Source of the DNA: Candidatus Eiseniibacteriota bacterium
Lineage (GTDB): Bacteria > Eisenbacteria > RBG-16-71-46 > CAZAMP01
Assembly (NCBI GenBank): GCA_965224245.1
Contig: OZ245046.1
Location: forward strand, 352,001 to 416,000
DNA length: 64,000 nucleotides
Direction of reading: 5' to 3'
Below are positions 28,504 through 37,690 of the stretch, in pieces. How positions within the stretch are numbered: the stretch's first letter is position 1; each line of letters begins with the position of its first letter. The notes beneath the pieces are model-generated. The model was given only the letters and a program-made list of their open reading frames with translations, made no database searches and had not been told where the DNA came from. The position numbers and the translations under genes are program-made.

Positions 28504-29850
28504 GTGTTCGAGTGCGGAGTCCGGGCCCTGGGCGCGGCGCTGACCGTCTGCGTCGCGGTGAGGCCCGTCTCGGGGATCCCTCCCGAGTACACGATCGACA
28601 TCCTGGACGCTCCGGTCATCCACATCGACGACATGAACATCGAGGCCGAGGTCGTGGGGTGGACGACGGTGGGCGGCAACGTGCGTGCCTACGTGGCCGG
28701 ACCGGAGCATCCCTACGAGCTCTTGCCGCTGCCCGAGGGATACGCCAGCAGCTGGGCCAAGAACATCAACGACGCGGGGGTGATCGTCGGATCGGTGGGC
28801 GAAGGATTCACGCCGGAGTTCGGGGACGCGGTGGTCTGGACCCCCATCGAGGAGGGGTACGACGTGACGTTCCTCGGCGCATTGCCCGGTCACGACGACA
28901 GCGTGGCAATGGCCGTCAACAACGTCGGTGACATCGTGGGCTACTCGATCCAGCCCGGCTTTCAAGGTGGCCCCACGGTCTGGTTCAACTCCCCCGGAGG
29001 CATTCTCGATCTGAGTGATCTCGGGGCGCCCTCCTCGCCTCAGGATCTGAACGACGAACGGGTCCTCTGCGGCTGGAACGGCGGCCTGTTCGATCTGGAC
29101 GACCTGACCGCCATGCCGCTGCCCGGCGAGATTCCGCCCGACTGGGCGATGCCGCTCTCGTGGGCCATCAACGAGCACGGCGAGCTGGCGGGGTACTCGG
29201 GTATTCCGACGCTGATCCGCTTCGCGACCCGCTACACGCTCGACGGCGGCTGGGAGGTTCTCGGCAACGAGGTGGGATCCTCCGTTCAGGCGGGTGCATA
29301 CGACATCAACCGGGATGGTTCCGTGGTGCTGGAGACCAACATTCCCGGTCACGGCTGGGGTGTTGGTGCGTACTTCGACGGCGAGGGGACGGTGGCGCTC
29401 GAGAATCTCCTCGGTCCCGATCAGGGTGCGTGGACGTTCGTGACGAACCAGGGTGACGGGATCAACGATCGGGGACAGATCGCCGCGATCGCCGTCAGCC
29501 TGGAGGGACAGCCGGGGGGGCTGGCCGTTCTCTCGCCGGTCGAGGCCGTTCACGTCGCCGAGGTCGCCGCTCCCGCGCGACTGGGCGCGATCGTGCCCAC
29601 GCCGTTCCGGTCGACGACCGCGATCGGGTTCGTGGTCTCCGCTGCGGATCGTGAGGTGTGGCTCGACATCTTCTCGATCCACGGCCGGCACATCCGCGGT
29701 CTGGTTCGAGGTATCGCGTCCCCCGGCCGGCACGAGGTGATCTGGAACGGGATGGACGATGGGGGGAACCGCGTGGCGCCGGGCGTATACCTCTGTCGAC
29801 TTCGCGCCGGCACACGCATCGAGGCCCGCCGGGTTCATCTGGCGCCGTGA
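28504..29850 (+). CDS. Secreted HAF-like repeat beta-propeller with FlgD-Ig C-terminal domain
   Basis: AKNINDAGVIVG, AMAVNNVGDIVG, AINEHGELAG, GINDRGQIA; WNGMDDGGNRVAPGVYLCRL; AAGGAG RBS. Confidence 0.88.
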   Translation: MFECGVRALGAALTVCVAVRPVSGIPPEYTIDILDAPVIHIDDMNIEAEVVGWTTVGGNVRAYVAGPEHPYELLPLPEGYASSWAKNINDAGVIVGSVGEGFTPEFGDAVVWTPIEEGYDVTFLGALPGHDDSVAMAVNNVGDIVGYSIQPGFQGGPTVWFNSPGGILDLSDLGAPSSPQDLNDERVLCGWNGGLFDLDDLTAMPLPGEIPPDWAMPLSWAINEHGELAGYSGIPTLIRFATRYTLDGGWEVLGNEVGSSVQAGAYDINRDGSVVLETNIPGHGWGVGAYFDGEGTVALENLLGPDQGAWTFVTNQGDGINDRGQIAAIAVSLEGQPGGLAVLSPVEAVHVAEVAAPARLGAIVPTPFRSTTAIGFVVSAADREVWLDIFSIHGRHIRGLVRGIASPGRHEVIWNGMDDGGNRVAPGVYLCRLRAGTRIEARRVHLAP

Positions 29851-30036
29851 GGCGACGGCGTCGCGCGTGTCGCCTCGGACCATGCGCGCCCCGCCGACAG
29901 ATGCGAGATGTATCAGCGGATCGCGACCGCCCACTCACTGTTGCGATGTGGCCGGGGCGGTTCCAACCGGTCGTCCCTCGGGGCCGGCATGCCCTGTGGT
30001 CCGGGAGGGTCGACGCATTCCAATCGAGAGGTCGAC

Positions 30037-31479
30037 GTGAACGCGCTCACGAGGCGAGTGTATGCGATCTGCGTGCTGGTCACGGCGGCGAGCCCCTGTC
30101 GGTCCGCGGGAGACTGGTCGTTCGTGCCACCGAGCCCGCTCGGTGGCCGGACCGACTTCTTCTATGACGTCGACGGCATCGGCTCCGGAGACGTATGGGC
30201 GGTCGGGTTCTGGGAGCCGCCGACGACGGACCGCAAGAGCCTCATCGAACACTTCGACGGTCACGCCTGGACGCAATCTCCCACGCCCGATACCGGCGTG
30301 ACCGCCCCCTTCGAGTCGTTGACCGGCGTGGTTGCGACCGCGTCCGACCACGCAGTGGCCGTCGGCTCGTACACCCCGATCGGATCCACCGGGCAGCCGC
30401 TGGCCATGGAGTGGAACGGGAGCGACTGGGAGCTTCTCTCGACGCCCGAGTTTTCCGGGGGTGGTGTCTTCTCGCCGGTTGATGCGACCGTGGACGGTCA
30501 CGTGTGGGTTGGGGGGTGGATTGCGGGCTCCGCATTCGTCGCCCGGCAGAACGGGGGCAGCTGGGATCTCGAGTGGGCGCCGCCGGTCAGCGGGTTTCGC
30601 AACCGGTTCTACGCGATGCACGCGCGCACCGACGACGAGATCTGGGTGGTCGGGACTCATGGCACCGGGTTCGGCGACTTCAGGATCTTGATACAGCGCT
30701 ACGACGGCGGATCGAGCTGGACGACGTTCGACGTGCCGACTCCGGGCTGGGACGACTCGCTTCAGGGCGTCGTGGCCTTCGCTCCGGACGACGTCTGGGT
30801 GGCGGGCTATTACTATCACACCACGCTCTTTCACTTTCAGCCGCTGCTCATGCACTTCGACGGCAGCGCGTGGTCGACGGTGACGCTCCCGGCGTTCACC
30901 GAGGGATCGGCCGAGCTCCGCGACATCTCCGGCACGGGGCCCGACGACGTGACGGCGGCGGGGACGTACGCGACCGCCGACGGCACGCCTCGCCCGTTCA
31001 TGCTGCACTACGACGGTAGCGCCTGGGCCGAGGTCGAGCTTCCGGTGACGGGCGGATCCGGCGAGTGGTTCCGGGGGGTCGGCACCACCGCCGACGGAAC
31101 CGTGTGGGCCGTCGGACAGTACTTCGACGGCGTCTCGACCGAGCCCATGGCCTTCCACGACGGGGACGTCGCCGTGAGCGCCGGTGACGTTCCCGTCACC
31201 CCCCTCACGCTGCAATCATTCGCCAGTCCCAACCCGTCACGGGCGGGCATCGCGGTGCGCTACTCGTCCGCGGCTCGGGGTGCGGCCCGGCTCCGCATCT
31301 GGGACGTCACGGGCAGGCTGGTGCGGGAGCTACATGAGCCGCGCGCCTCTGTGGGGCCGCGATCGATGCCGTGGGACGGCACCGACGATGCCGGAAGGCC
31401 CGCGCTCCCGGGAAGCTACTACTACGAGCTGACCCTGGGAGAATCCTCGTCCCGGCGGTCGTTCGTGCTCGTGCGTTGA
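30037..31479 (+). CDS. Secreted beta-propeller repeat protein (DVWAVG / H[FY]DG-x-x-W) with FlgD-Ig C-terminal domain
   Basis: About seven DVWAVG...HFDGxAW repeats; WDGTDDAGRPALPGSYYYEL; GTG 30037 with GAGAGG RBS and signal-like N-terminus. Confidence 0.87.
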   Translation: MNALTRRVYAICVLVTAASPCRSAGDWSFVPPSPLGGRTDFFYDVDGIGSGDVWAVGFWEPPTTDRKSLIEHFDGHAWTQSPTPDTGVTAPFESLTGVVATASDHAVAVGSYTPIGSTGQPLAMEWNGSDWELLSTPEFSGGGVFSPVDATVDGHVWVGGWIAGSAFVARQNGGSWDLEWAPPVSGFRNRFYAMHARTDDEIWVVGTHGTGFGDFRILIQRYDGGSSWTTFDVPTPGWDDSLQGVVAFAPDDVWVAGYYYHTTLFHFQPLLMHFDGSAWSTVTLPAFTEGSAELRDISGTGPDDVTAAGTYATADGTPRPFMLHYDGSAWAEVELPVTGGSGEWFRGVGTTADGTVWAVGQYFDGVSTEPMAFHDGDVAVSAGDVPVTPLTLQSFASPNPSRAGIAVRYSSAARGAARLRIWDVTGRLVRELHEPRASVGPRSMPWDGTDDAGRPALPGSYYYELTLGESSSRRSFVLVR

Positions 31480-31531
31480 CGCACCCGGGGTCAGGTGAGA
31501 TCCGGACCCCGGACTGGACGGAGAGAGCAAG

Positions 31532-34183
31532 ATGATCGACACGAAAAGGTCTCGGATGCTCGTGAGAGCGACGATCCCGTTCACGGTGCTGATGGCCTCG
31601 AAGGACGTCGCGGCGGTCGAGACGCTCTTCGAGACCTCGACCGGATTCGTGACCGGCGACTACTCGAACGCACGCTTTCCTTACGCGATCGAGCTAGGGG
31701 ACGTGGACGGCGACGGGCGGGCCGATGCGGTGGTGGCACAGTGGCCGTGGGCGACGGGATTCGCGCTGCTTCCCGGCCGTCCGGACGGGTCGTTCGGAGA
31801 CGCTCGTCGCATCGACTCCGTGCTCCCCGCGCTGGATCTGTGCCTGGGCGACGTGGACCTGGACGGGGACCGGGACGTGGTCGTCTCCAACACCGGATAC
31901 AACTACGAGGGAACCACGGTCTCGGTGTTCCTGAACGACGGCTCGGGTGACTTCGGGCCCGAGCTCCAGTACTCGCTCGCCGCGGGCAGCCGCGGGCCCT
32001 TCGGGGTCATCGTGGACGAGCTGACCGGCGACGGTCTTCCGGACATCGCCGTGACCAACTACGGCTGGATCGGTCAGGGAACGACCATCGACGTCCTGCC
32101 GGGCGACGGCGCCGGGGGATTCGGACCGGCGATCGCACATGCGGTCGGGGAAGGGCCGTGCACTCTCGTATCCGGTGACGTCGACGGGGACGGCCTCACC
32201 GATCTCGCCACTGCTCTCGATGCCTATCCCCACATGGCCACCCTCATCTTCAACGAGGGCGGAGGTGAGTTCTCGGCGCCGGTGACCTATACCGCGAGCA
32301 TCGGCGTCGTGGGCAGCTACGCCAGCGTGGCGCTGGCCGATCTCGAGAACGACGGCGACCTGGATCTGCTCTTCTCCGACTCCGGCACGCGCTCGGGGTC
32401 CACGACCGACGCCGGGACGATCGTGATCTACCGGAATCAGGGTGACGGCACGATGGGGCCGATGGAGCTCCTGCCGTTGCTCCCGTACACGGCGGGACCG
32501 AGAGATCTCCATCTCGCGGACGTCAGCGGGGATGGCTGGGTGGACGTCCTCGCGGTCCACTACAGCGGTCGGGCGAGCGACGGCTGGGAGCTGGTGCTCA
32601 ACGACGGCGCCGGCGGCTTCCGGGACCCGGTACACCACACCGCGGGGCAGGGCACGATCGGCGTCCGGACCGCGGACGTGGACGGCGACGGCGACACCGA
32701 CGTGGTCACCACCGACAACTACTCGATGGAGATCACCGTCCACGAGAACCTCGGCGCCGGTACGTTCCTGAAGCCGCCGACGTACCCGACGGTTCCGATC
32801 TCGCTGTATCTCGATACGGGGGACATCGACCACGATGGTGATCTGGATCTGCTCACCACCGGCGGCGCCACCTATCCGGTCGCGGCGGCGATTCTCCTGA
32901 ACGAGGGCGACGGCCGCTTCGGTCCCTACCAGGTCATGGCGCCGCCCTACGATTCCTGCTTCGGCAAGCTCCGCGATCTCGACGGCGACGGAAACCTCGA
33001 CATCCTGATGGCCGGAGGCCCGCCGTATCCGTTCTACACCGCGCTCGGGAACGGCGACGGGACGTTCGGCCCGATGACGATGTGGCCCGTTCCCACGTGC
33101 GGCGCGGGCGACATCGACGCGTTCGACCTCGACGGCGACGGAGCGCTGGACGTCTGCTATCTCGAGTACCTCGGCTGTCCGAGCGGCGGCAACAACCGGC
33201 TCTTCATCAGCTTCGGCCGGGGCGACGGCACGTTCGGTGCCCCGGTGGTGGAGACGATCGACGTCGGTCCGTACCAGCTGGTGGGAGCGGACTTCGACGA
33301 GGACGGGAACATCGACCTGGCCACCGCGCACTACGGCTACTACGGCTCGGAGAACGCGGTCGACGTGCTGCTCGGCAACGGTGACGGGACGTTTCAGCCG
33401 CGACGGACCCACACGGTGCCGAACGGCCCCAAGGACATCCTCGCGGCGGATCTCACCGGCGACGGCATTCTGGATCTGGCGACCTGCAACACCGGCAACG
33501 GCTCCGCCGGCATCGAGACCATGTCGGTGCTGCGGGGTCTCGGCGGCGGCGAGTTCTCGCCACCGACGACGTACTACGCCGCGTACAGCTCCGATCTGCT
33601 CGGCGTGAACGCGATCACTGCCGGGGACGCCGACGCGGACGGCGACCTGGACCTGATGGTGTCCAACAGCCCCGCCAACGACGTCAGCTACTACGAGAAT
33701 CGGGGCGACGGCACCTTCGAGACGCAGATCCGGTTCGGGGTGGGGCCGTCGACCTGGTCGGCCACGTACGCGGACGTCACGGGGGACGGCATCGGCGATC
33801 TCGTCGCGGTCGTCGGCCAGGGGCCCTCCGGCCTCGACGGAGCGGTGGCCGTGGTGGCGGGCACCGGGACGGCTCCCGTCGCGGTGGACGCCGGCCCGAC
33901 CGGGCCCCGTCTCCTCGTGGGCAAGGCGACGCCCAATCCGTTCCGGTTCCGGGTGGAGGTTCCGTATCTCAACCCCGCGGCCGGTGCGGTCCGCCTTCGC
34001 GTGTTCGATCCGGCAGGCCGCCTCGTCTTCGACCGCACCGATGACGATGCGGGCTCCGGCTGGAACGTCGCCGGGTGGGACGGACGCTCGCTGCAACACG
34101 AGCGGGTGGCGCCCGGGATATACTTTCTCCGCCTGGACGCCGGAGGGCGGTCGGCCCGAGAAAAGGCCCTGCTCGTCGAGTGA
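31532..34183 (+). CDS. Secreted FG-GAP/VCBS-repeat protein (about two propellers) with FlgD-Ig C-terminal domain
   Basis: About 14 D-x-D-G-D-G-x-x-D and N-x-G-D-G-x-F repeats; PNPFRF...WDGRSLQHERVAPGIYFLRL. Confidence 0.92.
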   Translation: MIDTKRSRMLVRATIPFTVLMASKDVAAVETLFETSTGFVTGDYSNARFPYAIELGDVDGDGRADAVVAQWPWATGFALLPGRPDGSFGDARRIDSVLPALDLCLGDVDLDGDRDVVVSNTGYNYEGTTVSVFLNDGSGDFGPELQYSLAAGSRGPFGVIVDELTGDGLPDIAVTNYGWIGQGTTIDVLPGDGAGGFGPAIAHAVGEGPCTLVSGDVDGDGLTDLATALDAYPHMATLIFNEGGGEFSAPVTYTASIGVVGSYASVALADLENDGDLDLLFSDSGTRSGSTTDAGTIVIYRNQGDGTMGPMELLPLLPYTAGPRDLHLADVSGDGWVDVLAVHYSGRASDGWELVLNDGAGGFRDPVHHTAGQGTIGVRTADVDGDGDTDVVTTDNYSMEITVHENLGAGTFLKPPTYPTVPISLYLDTGDIDHDGDLDLLTTGGATYPVAAAILLNEGDGRFGPYQVMAPPYDSCFGKLRDLDGDGNLDILMAGGPPYPFYTALGNGDGTFGPMTMWPVPTCGAGDIDAFDLDGDGALDVCYLEYLGCPSGGNNRLFISFGRGDGTFGAPVVETIDVGPYQLVGADFDEDGNIDLATAHYGYYGSENAVDVLLGNGDGTFQPRRTHTVPNGPKDILAADLTGDGILDLATCNTGNGSAGIETMSVLRGLGGGEFSPPTTYYAAYSSDLLGVNAITAGDADADGDLDLMVSNSPANDVSYYENRGDGTFETQIRFGVGPSTWSATYADVTGDGIGDLVAVVGQGPSGLDGAVAVVAGTGTAPVAVDAGPTGPRLLVGKATPNPFRFRVEVPYLNPAAGAVRLRVFDPAGRLVFDRTDDDAGSGWNVAGWDGRSLQHERVAPGIYFLRLDAGGRSAREKALLVE

Positions 34184-34231
34184 TCGATGCGCCCCAGGTC
34201 GTCGTCGTGGGGCTAGGGTGGGCTCTCGCCC

Positions 34232-35137
34232 CTACGCGTCGACCTCGGTGGGGTCGAACGGCTCCACGTGGACGAGCACGTCGCGGACCACGTGACACCG
34301 ATCCCGGATCACGTCCTTGACGTCGTGCGCGATGCGGTGTCCGTCCACCACCGGCAGCATCGGGTCGACCTCGATGTGGACGTCCGCGAAGTACTCGAGA
34401 CCGGACTTGCGGAGGCGAAGGGTCTCGATGCACTCGACACCGGGAACCGAGCTCGCCGCCGCGTGAACCGCGCGCTCGAGCTCGGGATCGGCCTGCACGT
34501 CGAGGAGCTCGTTCGCCCCGCGCAGGAACAGCGTGACACCCGACCACACGATCAGCACGACCACGACCAGGGCCGCGACGTCGTCGGCCCACATCAGGCG
34601 CTCACCCCCGAGCCGGACGACGGCCAGCCCCACGAGCACCGCCAGCGAGCAGAGCGCATCGGCCCGGTGGTCCCAGGCGTTGGCGAGCACGGCGCCGGAG
34701 CCCACGGTGCGCGCGGTCGCCGCGTTGTACCGATAGAGCCCCTCCTTGATCACGACGTTGGCGGCGGCGATCCAGAGCGCCCACACGGGCGGAAGCGCAT
34801 GGATGTCGGGCAAGCGCCGGATGGCTTCCCAGCCCACGATGGCGGCCGAGAAGACGATCACCAGCGCCACGTTGGACGCAGCGATGGCCTCGGCGCGCGT
34901 GTGGCCGTAGGGATGGCGCCGGTCCGCCGGCCGCTGGGCGAATCGGAGGGCCGACAGGACCGCCACCGAGATGAGCCCGTCCCCGAGCGAGTTCACCGCA
35001 TCCGCGACCAGCGCGAACGACTGCCCCAGGAGACCAGCCACGAGCTTGGCCAGGCCCAGCGCCACGTTGATGACGAGCCCGGCGAGGATGGCCCGGGATG
35101 CGCGACCGTAGGGAGAGCTCTTCCGAGAACCTGACAT
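34232..35137 (-). CDS. Cation diffusion facilitator (CDF) family transporter, FieF/MntE-like
   Basis: SFALVADAVNSLGD, PADRRHPYGHTRAE, ANAWDHRADA, LRLRKSG, DVHIEVD, DVLVHVEP. Confidence 0.95.
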   Translation of the reverse strand: MSGSRKSSPYGRASRAILAGLVINVALGLAKLVAGLLGQSFALVADAVNSLGDGLISVAVLSALRFAQRPADRRHPYGHTRAEAIAASNVALVIVFSAAIVGWEAIRRLPDIHALPPVWALWIAAANVVIKEGLYRYNAATARTVGSGAVLANAWDHRADALCSLAVLVGLAVVRLGGERLMWADDVAALVVVVLIVWSGVTLFLRGANELLDVQADPELERAVHAAASSVPGVECIETLRLRKSGLEYFADVHIEVDPMLPVVDGHRIAHDVKDVIRDRCHVVRDVLVHVEPFDPTEVDA

Positions 35138-35234
35138 GCGATCTCACCCGTGGGCGGCTCGTTCTCGACGAGCCCCACCGCGTCACGGCGTCGGAGCCGG
35201 GGAAGAGCCCGCGACGCCGTGACCTATGGTCGCG

Positions 35235-36005
35235 TCACCGAGAATGCCCGTGCTCGTCGGAGCCCTCTCTCAGGTTGACGCCGACGAGCAGCCGGATCTG
35301 GCTCTCGGCCGAGCCCGCCTCGCCGTCACCCAGTCGGAAGAGCGATCCGAGCGCCATCCAGAGGCCCCCGACACCGTGTCCGATGACCGGACCGATGTAG
35401 TGCGTGTCGCCGTCACTCTTGGCCTCGGCCCCCACGCTGAAGAGATAGGTCGGTGTCCAGGACGCGCCGAGCGTGATCTCGGCCTCGGACTCCCACTCGT
35501 CCTCGTCCTCTTCCTTCTCCAGCTCGAGCGTTGGGTTCAGGGCGAACCGGAAGTCACCCAGCGTGCGGCCCAGAATCACCTTCGCTTCCACTTTTGGAGA
35601 GGATCCGCTCGGTGTGCCCTCGTACTCGAGGTATCCGACGGCGTCCAGTGGAAACCGACGCGCGTGCGCGATCCAGTGCCGGAGCCGGAGCTTGTAGCCG
35701 GCGTAGCGCAGTGCCTCGTCGGCCCCCTGCTCGAAGACCTGGTAGAGGCCCACGTCGAACTGGTCGTTCATCCCGATCTCGAGCTCCAGCTCCAGCTCGG
35801 TGGCCGTCCGCTCGCGCCCGTCGACCTCCGTGGTCGCGAACGTGGAGTACTGCTCGAACTCGGCCTCGCCTCGCTCCATTGTCTGGGCTTCGTAGGTCCA
35901 CACCAGGGTGCGGCGATCGGCCGCCGCATCCCGGGAGAAGATCATCAGATAGAGCAGGCTACCCAGGGCGGCGGCCCAGGACCGAGTAATGCGTGGCGAA
36001 ACCAT
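35235..36005 (-). CDS. Putative outer-membrane beta-barrel protein (DUF6662-like)
   Basis: Signal peptide ending AAA after ATG 36005 (AGGAG RBS); WTYEAQTM..GEAEFEQY, ELELEIG, YLEY, EAKVILG; alternating beta-strand pattern. Confidence 0.75.
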   Translation of the reverse strand: MVSPRITRSWAAALGSLLYLMIFSRDAAADRRTLVWTYEAQTMERGEAEFEQYSTFATTEVDGRERTATELELELEIGMNDQFDVGLYQVFEQGADEALRYAGYKLRLRHWIAHARRFPLDAVGYLEYEGTPSGSSPKVEAKVILGRTLGDFRFALNPTLELEKEEDEDEWESEAEITLGASWTPTYLFSVGAEAKSDGDTHYIGPVIGHGVGGLWMALGSLFRLGDGEAGSAESQIRLLVGVNLREGSDEHGHSR

Positions 36006-36179
36006 GTGCGGGCGTTCTCCTGACTCGATCGAGGTGAGGCGGCTCCGGCGACGACGCCGATCTGCCGCGTGTTTGGATGACCGGGGATGATAGACGCCGG
36101 TCGACGCGAAGTCACCCACCATCGTCGAGCGGGACCGGCGCGTGCCGAGACGCGCTCGGAGCTCGGACGCGCTCGGCGC

Positions 36180-36370
36180 TCACCGTAGAACGACCAGCTT
36201 TCGGGACATGACGCGGGACGCGGTCTCCACGCGTGCGAAGTACACGCCGTCCGAAATCGGTTCCCCGTCGGCGATGCGGTCCCAGGACACGCGATGGTCA
36301 CCCGCCGTCCGGTGTGTCTGTTCGAGCCGGGCCACCTCGCGTCCGAGCACGTCGACGACGCTGACTTGCG
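36180..36370 (-). pseudogene. Orphan FlgD-Ig/T9SS-like C-terminal domain remnant
   Basis: VSVVDVLGREVARL...HRVSWD...DGVYFARVET...SRKLVVLR-stop; the upstream in-frame sequence has no signal peptide and does not look like protein. Confidence 0.65.
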
Positions 36371-36551
36371 GCGTGCTGCATCCACGACATCCTCCGGTTT
36401 TCGTGAGGGGGCCGATTTCGCCTGACCGGACAACGCCGCGCGGGGGCACAAACGCACGGCGACGCCTCTTCCGGCGGGGCCCATGTGCGTGCGTGACGTC
36501 AGACGCATCAGTGCCGGCAGCGGTGGCTCCGGCGGGGGGCTGCAGCGACGT

Positions 36552-36690
36552 GAGCTCTTCGGCTTCGCCGTGGCCCCGATCGGCGACCTCGACGGCGACA
36601 CACGCCATCGCGGTCTGGGCGGTCGGTCGGGGTCGGGATGGGCCGGGAGATCCGGTCTCGGGGGCGCTGTGGCTGCTCTCAGAACACGAG
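36552..36690 (+). pseudogene. Frameshifted integrin-alpha/FG-GAP repeat fragment
   Basis: ELFGFAVAPIGDLDGD, then a +1 shift near 36600 to AIAVWAVG...DGPGDPVSGALWLL. Confidence 0.55.
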
Positions 36691-36848
36691 GCCGGTGCCG
36701 TCGTGGAGCTCGTCCGGGACGGTCGCTCCCGCGCGCTCGGCACCGGGCAGGTACGTCGTGACGGCGGTGGCCGGAGAGCATCGCGTCGCGCGATCGCTCG
36801 TCAGGTTCCGTGACCTCGTGACGTCGCCGCGGGTCGACCGGCGTCGGC

Positions 36849-37631
36849 TCAGTACGTGGCCTTCAGCCGGCCCCAGCTCAGCACGTCGACGGGGTTCGTC
36901 GGCGGCGTGCATCGGCACCCGTTTGCGTTGAGCTCGGCCCAGTCTCCGGTGCCACCGAACCCGGCGGCGCCGGTTCCGTTGTGGTACTGCACACCGTTAG
37001 ACGGGTTGATCGCCGCGGCAATCTCACCGTCCAGGTACGCGCCGTCCTGAAGGCCGTCGCCGTGCAGGACCAGGATGTCCCGATACGCGCACGCGTAGTC
37101 CTCTACGTCGTCGTGCATGCAGTCTCGACCGTCGCCGGCGTAGCTCGACTCACTGAAGTGGTTGTCTCCGGTCGGGGACGTCACCGGGCAGTAGTCGGCA
37201 CTCATGATCGCGCCGGTCAGGTGGTTGCCGCGAGTATAGGTGCAGAACACCCCGAGGATCACGTTTCCGCCCAGGTCCGCGTACGCTGCGAGAACGTCTC
37301 CGTATCGCTCGGCTTCGAAGAACGGGAAGTTGGCCCACACGATGACGCAGTCGTAGTCGAGCAGGAGGTCGAGCGAGGGGGTACCCGCTCGTGCGTCGTA
37401 GTAGTCACACGTGCCGCCGATCTCGGTGGCGATCCGCGCGCGATAGCTCGGATCGTCACCGTGTGACGGTGCGTACAAAACGGCCGGTCCGACGTCCATC
37501 CGAACGGTGTCGAGGCGGTGTCCCTGGAACACGAATGCATCCTCACCGCCGACGTTGACCGGCTGGAGATCTGCCACCGCAGGTCCGACCACGACCGCGA
37601 GCAAGGCGAGCACGTGCAGAGGGCCGTTCAT
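36849..37631 (-). CDS. Secreted hypothetical protein (possible alpha/beta GATase-like fold) with short C-terminal SWGRLK tail
   Basis: GGAGG RBS before ATG 37631; signal peptide MNGPLHVLALLAVVVGPAVA; TPSLDLLLDYDCVIVW...YADLGGNVIL; ends PVDVLSWGRLKATY. Confidence 0.85.
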   Translation of the reverse strand: MNGPLHVLALLAVVVGPAVADLQPVNVGGEDAFVFQGHRLDTVRMDVGPAVLYAPSHGDDPSYRARIATEIGGTCDYYDARAGTPSLDLLLDYDCVIVWANFPFFEAERYGDVLAAYADLGGNVILGVFCTYTRGNHLTGAIMSADYCPVTSPTGDNHFSESSYAGDGRDCMHDDVEDYACAYRDILVLHGDGLQDGAYLDGEIAAAINPSNGVQYHNGTGAAGFGGTGDWAELNANGCRCTPPTNPVDVLSWGRLKATY

Positions 37632-37690
37632 CGCAGCCTCCTTCGAGGTGACCTCAATCGTACCAGACAGACCGTGGCGTCGGGGGGACA

